Assembly (NCBI GenBank): GCA_951406725.2
Contig: OX597819.1
Location: forward strand, 111,042,001-111,106,000
DNA from: Octopus vulgaris
Lineage: Eukaryota
DNA: 64,000 bases
Direction of reading: 5' to 3'
Shown here: piece after piece, positions 1 through 11,964 of the stretch
Numbering within the stretch: position 1 is the stretch's first letter
Layout: every line of letters begins with the position of its first letter
Translations under genes and position numbers: made by a program
Notes under the pieces: generated by a model
Database searches by the model: none
Seen by the model: only the letters and a program-made list of their open reading frames with translations
What the model was told of the DNA's origin: nothing

Positions 1-727
1 TGTCGGAAGTGCTTTCCAATATTTATTCTGAATGAATTTGTTTTGCGTTTAAAATCCATCACAGTGGACTTTACTTTCTTTCTTTCCGTGGTCGATGTTA
101 ATTCACGACATGTATTATCTCTCTGACTCTCTGCGTTCCGGTTTCAAATCTCACCTTCATATTACCTGCGTAGCAGAAATCTGAATTTCCTACAGTTAAA
201 CCTCCGGCATCCTAACCTATCGGGCGAATTTAATAGAATCCGTTCTGCAGTAAATATTCAGGAGCGATCTTAACTCGACCTTCTTCCTCCTTCTCTCGCA
301 CCGGTGTCGGAACCCTGTAAGATACGACGGTCACTGCCCTTCCCACAACCCTTCCGTTACCAACCCGGCTGAAACCGGCTCTGACACTGAGTACAAATGC
401 CTTTGTTTTCATAAGTTTTGAATTAAAATCTTCCACGGAACCTTAGTCACAGTTTATGTTCCTAACACTAGCTTAATGATAACTTTTTTTTTATTTTACT
501 AAATTCTTTGTTATATTTAAAATAATTGAAAGAAACAAAAAACATTTCAAAATAAATACAGGGATAAAACATGTTTATACACAAACACACATATACACAC
601 ACGCGTGCGCACATTTGTATATTTACACATGCATGTGTGTGTGTGTGCATATATATATTTATATATATATACACATACACACACAGAGACTGAGAAAACG
701 TGTAAGAGGAAGATGCATACATACTTG

Positions 728-808
<81 letters not shown>

Positions 809-838
809 CAGACAGAGAGAGAGAGAGAGAGAGAGAGA

Positions 839-994
839 GCGGCGAGGTGGCTTTTACGTTAGCATACCGGGCGAAATACTTAACGGCATTTCGTCTGCAT
901 TTACGCTCTGAGTTCGAATTCCACCGAGATCGATTTTGCCTTTCATCCTTTCGGCGTCGATTAAATAAATACCAGCCCCCTGTGGGCAATAAAG

Positions 995-997
<3 letters not shown>
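839..997 (+). mobile_element. SINE family B (Deu/Nin-like central domain), internally deleted
   Basis: GGCG.G.TGGC..GTTAGCA head, GAGTTCGAATTCC B box, GATCGATTTTGCCTTTCATCCTTTCGG.GTCGAT..ATA..TACCAG core. Deu/Nin resemblance is from recalled consensus, not a search. Confidence 0.75.
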
Positions 998-1029
<32 letters not shown>

Positions 1030-1422
1030 CACACACATACCCTCACACAATGCGCATATATATATATATATATATATGTATATCTGTATATGTATATCAA
1101 TATTTGGGGATGGGTATAACATTTTTTCAGCTGATCTTTTTGACTGTTATTGTGATGCCCCGTGGGCGATTCCTTGTGGAGAATTTTATCCCATTAAACT
1201 ATGGGACATGGGGTAACGTATGTATGTATGTATGTATGTATGTATGTATGTATGTATGTATGTATGTATGTATGTATGTATGTATGTATGTATGTATGTA
1301 TGTATGTATGTATGTATGTATGTATGTATGTATGTATGTTTGTATGTGTGTGTGTGTGTATGTATGTCAGTTTGTACGTATGTGTATGTGGATGGATATA
1401 TGTAGAATACATTTAGCGCAAA

Positions 1423-1725
1423 TGTCTTCTAATCTGATTCTCGGCCCGACCAAAGTTTTCCGAGTGGATTTAGTAGACGGAAACTGAAAGAATCCCGTCG
1501 TATATGTGTGTTTTTGTGTTTTTGTGTGTCTTTGTGTCTCCTACCACTGCTTGACAACCAGTGTGGGTGCACCTTACGTGCCTGTAACTTAGCGGTTTGG
1601 CAAAAGAGGATGATGGAATAAATACCAGGCTTTAAAAATAGTTCTGGGGTCGATTCGTTCGCCAAAAGTTCTTCGAAGCGGTGCTCCCGCATGGCCGTAG
1701 TCAGATTACTAAAATGAGCAGACGA
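1423..1725 (+). mobile_element. SINE family A, 5'-truncated
   Basis: GACCAAAG..GAGTGGATT..GTAGACGGAAACTGAAAGAA body and GCGGTGCTCC.GCATGGCC tail shared with many copies in the window. Confidence 0.8.
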
Positions 1726-2480
1726 TAGAAATAAACTAAGAGAAGATTAAAATACGTGAACGCATACACATACATGCAATGATATTCTGACGTGTTTAAG
1801 AATACTCACTGCTACAACAGTCAATATATCTGAAAATTCTTCTGAGTGGCCAGTCAATATGCTAAAAATAGTAGCTACTGTTCCCTCAAAAATCTCATAT
1901 TTTGCTACGACATGACACTTTGTTACAATATTAGTGCTACATAACGTTCGCGGGTAAAGAATGTTTATTGATCGTTGGGACTACAGGACAATTATTGACC
2001 TTGGGACAAACACCACCACCACCACCGCCGCCGCCGATGACGACGACACCACCACCAACACCACCATCACCACCATCACCATCCTCAACAACAACAACAG
2101 CAGCAGCAGCAGCAGCAACATCTATGGAAGTAAGCACCGAAACTTTATTTGGCATCAATATTTGCTAGAAATAGCAGCAAAAAATCCCCCCCCCCCATCA
2201 GATTATACATTATCTCCTTAAATAAACCAAAACATACATTAGGTATAGTATGATATTATTGTTTTTTTTTTTTTTGGCGGGGGGTGGGGCATGGAGCGTG
2301 GAGGGGGGGGGCGTGATGCAATAAACCAAATGGTCGTAAAATAAACGTGTTGGTCATGGATAGATCGTCACATTCTCATCATATTCGCCCCATGGTTGTG
2401 ACGGCCCGGCTGACATAATAAGATTAAAGCGAAAATAACATCAACAACAACAACACCAACTACTACTACTACTACAACTA

Positions 2481-2530
<50 letters not shown>

Positions 2531-2625
2531 GTTGTGAGTAATGTTACGGTTCTGGTATCAGTTCATATGTAAGGTCACCGTAACATTAAATTGAAGATAC
2601 AACGGCATTAATATTTTCACCAATA

Positions 2626-2641
2626 TCTACAACAACAACAA

Positions 2642-2672
<31 letters not shown>

Positions 2673-2792
2673 AACAACAACAGGAACGGTAATAATGTAT
2701 ACTTACGTTTACATAATATCCTAAAAGGCTTGATGGCGGTGGTGGTGGTGGTGACGATGACGACGGTTACGACGACAATGAAGATGATGTGA

Positions 2793-2832
<40 letters not shown>

Positions 2833-3245
2833 GATGATGATGATAACGTTGAGGCGATTGAGTCGTTGTTGTGTGGATGGTGGTGGCGGTGGTGGTGGTG
2901 GTGGTCATCGTCGTAGTCGTGGTGGTTTGTACAAGGGTGGCATTAGCGATGGTGGTGATGATAATGACGATGACCGCGATGATGATAGTGATGATGATGA
3001 TGATGATAATGATGGCGATGATGGCGATGAACGATGACTTTGGAGGTGTTGGCGTTGGTCGCCGTCGACGTATTGACAAGAGTGGCGATGGTAGTGTTGG
3101 TGGTGGTGGTGGGTGTGGTGGTTGTGGCGGTGGTTGTGGTGAAGGTGGTGGCGGTGATGACGACGGTAATAGAAATGGTGGTGGTAGGGATGATGGCTAT
3201 GACGATGATGGTGATGATGGTGATGATGGTGATGATGATAACAAC
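2626..3245. repeat. Compound trinucleotide low-complexity tract (AAC, GAT, GGT)
   Basis: Runs of acaaca, gatgat and ggtggt; no recognisable domain in any frame. Confidence 0.8.
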
Positions 3246-3545
3246 TACATCACGGTTTGACAGCATCAACAACACCCCTCAACGGACGCTCGCGTGCCGG
3301 CAACAAAAGTACAACGCGCTGCTGTCTCCCATAGAGTACACGCTCCAGTCTCTGTCAGAGTACGCAGTGCTGTCTTAAATAAAGAACACGACGGATAACG
3401 TACAAATGGCGCGAAAAAGATAGGATGTGTATAAGTGAAAGAACATCAATATTCGATTCACACGATCAGTACGATCATAGATATATATATATATATATAG
3501 TGCTTGTTTTATATATATAAATATATATGTATATATATATATGTA

Positions 3546-3623
<78 letters not shown>

Positions 3624-3676
3624 TGTGTGTATATATATATATATATTCATATATATGTGAATATATATATATATGC

Positions 3677-3759
<83 letters not shown>

Positions 3760-3852
3760 CACATACACACCTATATACATATGTATATGAGCATGTATAA
3801 ATATGCATGTATATATGTAAAGATATATATGAATCTATCTATCTATCTATCA

Positions 3853-3918
<66 letters not shown>

Positions 3919-3925
3919 TTATCTA

Positions 3926-3956
<31 letters not shown>

Positions 3957-4127
3957 CTCTATCTGTCTATCTGTCTGTCTGTCTGTCTGTCTCTTTTTCT
4001 TCTCTATCTATCTATCTATCTTTCTATATATACCCCAGAATGGGCACAACCTTAGAGCTGAAACATATAAAAAATATACATATATGTATATATATGTATA
4101 TACATATATGTAAATATACATATATAC

Positions 4128-4213
<86 letters not shown>

Positions 4214-4571
4214 ATATATGTATATATATACACACATACATACATACATACATACATACCTACATACATACATACATGAAGAGAGAAAGAGTAAGGTAAA
4301 TAGAGAGGGAAAGAGAGTGGAAGAGAGAGGGAGAGGAGAGGAATGAGAGACATAAAGCTGAGATCAAAAATGCGATATACCTCTTGGTTACAATATTAAG
4401 AGATATTAATCAAATTTGATTGAAAGCAGTTCAATATTTAAGTCACCTGTTTCCTCCCGAGAAAAGAAACGTAGAGTGATTAGATTTTCCTTGTGTCATG
4501 TTCTCTGTCTGTCTGTCTGTCTGTCTATCTGGCTGTCTGACTGTCTCTTTCTCTCTCTCAGTCTCTCTCTC

Positions 4572-4624
<53 letters not shown>

Positions 4625-4714
4625 CACATATATATATGTGTACATGTATATATACATATATATATATATAGATATATATATATACATATATATACACACA
4701 CATGTTTATATATA

Positions 4715-4870
4715 GGCGCGGGCGTGGCTATGTGGTATGAAACTTACTTCCCAACCACATGGTTCCAGGTTCAGTCCCTCTGTGTAATACCTTGGGTAAT
4801 TGGCTCTACTATAGCCTCGGGCCTCACTTGTAAGTGAATGTGGTAGACGGAAACAGAAAGAAGCCCGTCG

Positions 4871-4915
<45 letters not shown>

Positions 4916-5135
4916 ATGTGTATGAATATATCTATATGCAAACATTTGTGTGTATGTCTTTGTTTGTCCCCCACCGATGTTGGGGTGCTTACGTCCACGT
5001 AACCTAGCGGTTCGGTAAAAGGAGACGACAGAATAAGTGCTAGGCTTACAGAGAATAAGTCCTGGGATCGATTTCTTCGACTAAAGGTAGTGCTCCAGCA
5101 CGGCCGCAGTCAAATGACGGAAACAAGTAAAAGAA
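4715..5135 (+). mobile_element. SINE family A, full length
   Basis: tRNA-like head (GTGGCTATGTGG A-box-like, GGTTCAGTCCC B-box-like), internal (TA)n(TG)n, 3' GGTGCTCCAGCA.GGCCGCAGTCAAATGAC.GAAACAAGTAAAAGA tail. Confidence 0.85.
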
Positions 5136-5191
5136 TATATATATATATATATATATATATGCATGTATGTATGAATATATATATGTATGTA

Positions 5192-5351
<160 letters not shown>

Positions 5352-5477
5352 AAATGATGGAGTTTCCATCGATTATGACGATAAGATTTCACTTATTCGA
5401 TCAGCTGAATTGCTTACTGATTCAATTATCGGGAACAAGGCTGAGTATTCCTCAGGCATACATCCTTAATAGATGAA

Positions 5478-5797
5478 GGTGCGTGCCTTGGTGGCCAGAG
5501 TATTTCGCTCACGAATTTATGGTCGTGACTTCGATACCTGGGGTGCATTTTAGTCGCTGACCAAAACATTTGATTTCACACTACTACATTCTTCTCAGAC
5601 GGCAAAAATAAGGTGTACCTGTATTACAAAGGGCCAACTTTGTCATATTTTCTGTCACTTTGTATCTCCCTGAGAACTATGTTAAGGGCATGCGTGTCTG
5701 TAACATGCTCGGCCACATGCACGTTAATTTCGCGGACAGTCTGTTCCGTTGATCGGATCACAGGAAACCTCCACGTCGTATACGACAGAAAGCCAGA
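5478..5797 (+). mobile_element. SINE family C (tRNA-like head)
   Basis: GGTGCGTGCCTTGGTGG..GCTCACGA..GTCGTGACTTCGATACC head. Body CAAAGGGCC..TCTCCCTGAGAAC..CACGTTAATTTC..CTGTTCCG.TGATCG shared with 47664-47950. Confidence 0.7.
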
Positions 5798-6052
5798 ATG
5801 GATAAACCCTTAACATAATCCTCATTTTCAATAAACTTCCCGTATTATGTGACCCCCACTCCCGAATTTTCGGTATCATCCATTCCCATATGGAGTCGGT
5901 CAGCTGAGTTTCATTGAGAAGAAGTGCATAACACAGAGTGTATGCGAAAAGAAACTTGCTTAAGATTCTATGCAAGTCATAATTGAAAAGCAAGCTTTTT
6001 CAATATGCTTAGTATATCAGGGTTCATACAGACACATACATACATACATACA

Positions 6053-6084
<32 letters not shown>

Positions 6085-6248
6085 AATAGGTATATACTAG
6101 TTAGCGTATATAAATATATTCCTTCATCAATACATATATATATTTATAGATAGATAGATAGATTGATCGATACATATCGATATATACGTATATATATATG
6201 TATATAAATATATATATTCACATATATATGAATGATATCTATCTATCA

Positions 6249-6330
<82 letters not shown>

Positions 6331-6527
6331 ATATAGATATACATAGGAATGCATAAGTACATATACAGCCACATATACAGGTGTGTATATGTATACAGGC
6401 ATATACACAAGCACACATAAAATACATACATACGTATATATTGATCAAAATAAAAACATGATATATACATACGTATATATATATATATATACATATATAT
6501 ACATACATATATATATTTATATGTATG

Positions 6528-6602
<75 letters not shown>

Positions 6603-6945
6603 TCATACATACATATATACTTTATATCTATCATACGCGTGGATGTTTGAGCGGCGTGTGCTTGTTCATGTACCTGTGTGAATATATTTTGTTCGAGCAC
6701 GAGTCTTCGTTCGTGCTTTTCTGTGTGTATAACACTACACCTCCGGTGATAAAATGCGTGGAATCAAAATATTAAATAACATAATCTGTAAAAATTGTAG
6801 ATTGATGCCACGGCAAGGAGTTTTACTCATAAATATCGAGTCCAAGGTACTGACTGGAATCCAGCATGGCCGCAGCCAGTCTCATAATTGAAACAAGTGC
6901 AAGAAAATAAATAGATTACATATACCTGACTAAACACACACACAC

Positions 6946-7019
<74 letters not shown>

Positions 7020-7074
7020 AGGTACGCTCGCAAAAGTATATGAAGTGTGTTTATATTTGTGAATGCTTGCACAT

Positions 7075-7109
<35 letters not shown>

Positions 7110-7228
7110 CTATATATATCATATTATATTATGTATATCGATATGTATACATTGTTTCTATATATATGTATATATATGCATATATTCTATTCTATTCATG
7201 GGTTTGTTATCAACTATATATGAATGTG

Positions 7229-7270
<42 letters not shown>

Positions 7271-7480
7271 ATGTGCAATATATATATACATATAGATACA
7301 TATATATGTATGTACGTATATATACACATACATAGGTATATGTATATATATATATATATATATAACTATATATATACATATATTTACATATACATATATA
7401 ACCATGCATATATATTCAACGGCGGTGCCCCACGATGGCCGCAGCCTCCGGGCAGAAACATTTTTAAGGATTGGGGATTT

Positions 7481-7517
<37 letters not shown>

Positions 7518-7979
7518 CGTGTGTGAATAATACACATACGCGTATGTATATATCGATCTGTCTCTCTATGTATCTGAGTGTGTATTGTGTGAAATGCGTG
7601 TGTTTTTATGTGTTTGTGTGCGTACGTGCGTGTGCGTATATTCATAGATATGTATGTGTTTGTGTGTATATATATAGGAAGGTTGCGTGAGTTCGTTTGA
7701 ATGTGCGCTAATGCATGTTTATATATATAAATGTGTGTGTGTGTGTGTTTGTTTGTGTGTGCGTCCGTGCGTGCTTGTATGTTCGTGTGTGTACTATAGG
7801 TGTACGTGTATGTGTGTATGTGTATATATACATATGTGTTTAAGCCTCCGAGTATACCCTTATATATTTTCGTATTCAAATGTACTTGGATATATATGTT
7901 TAACAAACATGTGTGCATCATACATTGGCAAGCACGATTGTATTACTGGTAATTTGGGGGCATAAAATTATATATATAC

Positions 7980-8023
<44 letters not shown>

Positions 8024-8268
8024 GCGCACGTGCAATATACATGCATGATTTTACAAAACTTCATATATATATATATCTTGTGCATATATATTTATATGTG
8101 TGTGTATATATATATTTATGCACACACACAAACACGCACACACACACACTCACATATATATATGTGTATAGTTGTATATATAAATATGTATATTTACATT
8201 TATATGTGTACATATATACAGTGATATACATTGATACATACAAACGTAGATTGATATAGATATATGTG

Positions 8269-8324
<56 letters not shown>

Positions 8325-8325
8325 A

Positions 8326-8360
<35 letters not shown>

Positions 8361-8715
8361 TGTTATATAAACGCATACGCACATATCTATGTATATATGT
8401 AAGTATATTTGATATCTGTGTATTTATGACTGTTGGTCTCTCTCTCTGTCTATGAATGCATAATTGTTTCCTGTGTGCGTCTCTGTATCTCACGCATTCA
8501 GGACACCGAGAGAAATACTCCTGCATTAAATTTGTGAATAAACTATTTACATATATATATATATATATATATATACATAAATATATATATATATATATTT
8601 TTATATATATATATACATATATATATAATCACAAATTAATAAATAAAACCTATGCATATATACATACATATGTGTACGTACCTACATCTATATGTATATA
8701 TACATGCATATATGG

Positions 8716-8755
<40 letters not shown>

Positions 8756-8849
8756 CTGTACTGTCAGACAAACCTATATAGACGAATACATGTAGTCCCA
8801 CATGCATACGCATTCACACATATAAGCTAGTACACATACATATATACAA

Positions 8850-8886
<37 letters not shown>

Positions 8887-8901
8887 TACTTACATACTTA
8901 A

Positions 8902-8955
<54 letters not shown>

Positions 8956-9433
8956 TTGTATGTGCATGTATTCATATGTGTGTATCTATATGTATGTACA
9001 TAGATATTTATATGCATACATGCATAAAAACGTATATATATGTGTACGTGTATGTTTGTGGACACACACACGCAGTTATGTATGCGTGCGTGTGTGCGTG
9101 CGTGCGCGTGCGCGTGTGTGTGTGCGCTCTTAAAAGTATGTGTGTATGTGACCCTCGGGCTCTTCGTAAAAATCTGTGGAACGCCGCCGCCGCCACCCCA
9201 ATATTGTTTCCAATTTGTCCCACTCTATCTATCTCTCCCCCTTGACTCTCTCCTTTCCTTTCTCTCTTTCTCTCTTCACTCTACGTCCTTTCACATCTCA
9301 CCAACCCTCATTCACACACACACGCATATATATATATATATATATATATGCATATGTATATGTGTTATATATATATATATATATGTATGTACAAATAGAA
9401 ACTCTTAACCGCGCGCGCACACACACATACACT

Positions 9434-9464
<31 letters not shown>

Positions 9465-11964
9465 ACTCGAAGGCACCGAACGCATTCATAAACACCCCCC
9501 GCCTTTCATACTACAATTACAAACCTTCCCCCTCCTTTCCTGCCTGTCCCGTCTCATGTCATCCCGCGCAGGTCTACCCCTCCTTCTCTCGCTCCATCTC
9601 TACTCCTCCTGCTACCTCCTCTCCCCCATTACCATCACCATCACCACCACCACCACCTCCACCACCATTATCCCAATAATCACTCTCTATTCCCTTATAT
9701 TCCCTTACCACTTCTTCTCCCCCTCTTCTCCCTTTTTCTTCCTCTTCTTTTTCTTCTTCTTCTTCATACACTCATCCTGTCTCCCTGTACTTGCCTCTCC
9801 CCCACCGACCACACCAACCAGCCAATCGACCGACCCACCAGTCGGTCGCCCCCCCCTATCAACCTCCCTTTTTTCTCTCTGTCTTTCTTCGCTACCTCTC
9901 TCTCCCTCTCTTCCTCTAAATCTTACACTCTCACACGCACACACACACACACACACACATGCACATTTATATGTACGGATACATACATATATACATACAC
10001 ACACACACAATTTATCAAACATTGATACATAGTACTTATAAACGTAACATCACATACGCACATACATATACAAACACACATATTATGAATATTATATATA
10101 TATGCATACATACATATTAACAAAACATTACACACATATATATATACATATAAACAATGTCATATTCATACATATGCACACTTACACACACAGAATAAAG
10201 CATACTCACGTCCACACACACACACATATAAACGTAGCATCATTCATACACAAACACACATACACACGCACGTACGCACATCTATCTAAATAATATGAGA
10301 TACAATCTTATTCCCTAATACATAAATATCAGAGATACATAAACACATACATACATACACATGCGCCACCGCATTCACACACACACACACACACGCACAC
10401 ACGCGCGCATATGTCACTCCTCCCACTCTCACTCACTCCCTCCCTCCTTCCCTCATTCACTTCCTTCACTCCGCTTCTCCCACGTTCCCCCCTCTCTCTC
10501 TCGCTCTCTCTCCCGCTCGCTCGCTCACTGGTTGGTTGGATGTCTGGTTGGCCGGTTAGTTGGTTGGTCGGGCTGTTTTTACGAACTGGCAAACATTGAC
10601 AAGCGGGGCTGGCTGGCTGGCTGGCATGTTTGCGAGAGACAAAAACACACACACACGTACACACACACACACGCACACACACACGTACAATAATATATAA
10701 CAGTGAACTTTCTTCTCTCTCTCCTTTTTAATTACTTAACTTTATAGTCAACAACAACCAACACCACAACGACAACAGGCACAGAGCCACACTCAAACAA
10801 TAATCAACAGACTCGTGAGTGTTGTCGCTAACTCCCAATCATTTTTGCCTTCACTCACACACGCAGACATTTCAAGTTTACGTCGCGGATAGCAAAGTGG
10901 TTTTTAAACAACCTGCGTCAGTAACTACAACAAGCCGCAAACAAGAAGAACAACAACAAACAAACAAACAGCAAACACAGGGATATAACCAATTATTACC
11001 ACCACTACTACTATTACAACGACTACGGCTGCTATTATTTCGAATTACTACTACCATTTAAAGATTCGTCGTTGAGTTTTGTGGTATTTGTTACATATGG
11101 ATAATTTATATATGAATTTACAAGAAGATATTTAACGGCCTATACCCCTTGGAACAATCGAATTTGCTGTCAACTACCACGACTGTGAGACACTTCTACG
11201 ACAAGATTAAGAACTACAACTACTGCTACTACTACTACTACTACATATACTGTCCGGTAAGTTAGTAGTATTACTGCGAATTGGATAATTTAAAAAAAAT
11301 ATATATGTATATATATATAAAAAAACAAATTGAAGAAAAAAAGAAAAACCAACGCCGCAACAGTTAACTAATTGTTACGGCAACTACAAAATAAGTACTA
11401 CAATTACTACAACTGTTACTACTACTACCTATACTGTTTTTTTTTTTTTTTGCTTTTTTTCTCTGTATTATTAAGCCTGCTGTCATACATATAATAACAG
11501 TAATACCACATATGCATACACATTACACATATACACATACATTCTCATGCACACGTACACAAACTATTTTTATTATTTGAATTGTTACGATTATTGTTGA
11601 AATTGTTGTTGTCGTTCTTACTAAAACAGTAACGGCAACTTCTACCACCACTGAAACTACTACTCCTACTATTACTACTACTTTACTATTACCGCTACTA
11701 TTGTTACTACTACTACTACTAAAAATACCACCAATATCCACTGATGTTCTTAGGCACATTCATCCCACAACAGTTCATGTTAGCTACCACAAGCAATAAA
11801 CACTACAACCGATACACTACAAACCAATAACAACAATAACAACTACTACTACTAGTACTACTACAACTACTACTGCTGCTACAACTACTACTACTACTAT
11901 TGATTCTGTATTTTTGTGTGTTATTTTTGTTTATTTGTTTTAAATCTCGTTGACTAAACTCTAC

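Noticed and set aside
347-578. Possible piggyBac-like MITE starting AACCCTTCCGTTACC
   Set aside because: Only one copy in the window, and the right-hand inverted repeat and TTAA site cannot be demonstrated from the sequence.
1937-3378. Gly/Asp/His/Thr-rich ORFs that look like the FoxG low-complexity region (possible upstream exon or paralog)
   Set aside because: Frames are short and interrupted by stops, with no conserved motif or supported splice structure; similar non-coding GAT tracts occur at 46606-46800.
10430-10720. FoxG core promoter (CT-rich tract and TATA-like TATATAA near 10693)
   Set aside because: TATA-like and CT-rich strings are ubiquitous in this genome; the TSS cannot be placed without transcript data.
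11950-11964. ORF-track start at TTG 11950 for FoxG
   Set aside because: Eukaryotic gene; the first ATG at 11965 gives the FOXG1-like MLDM start.
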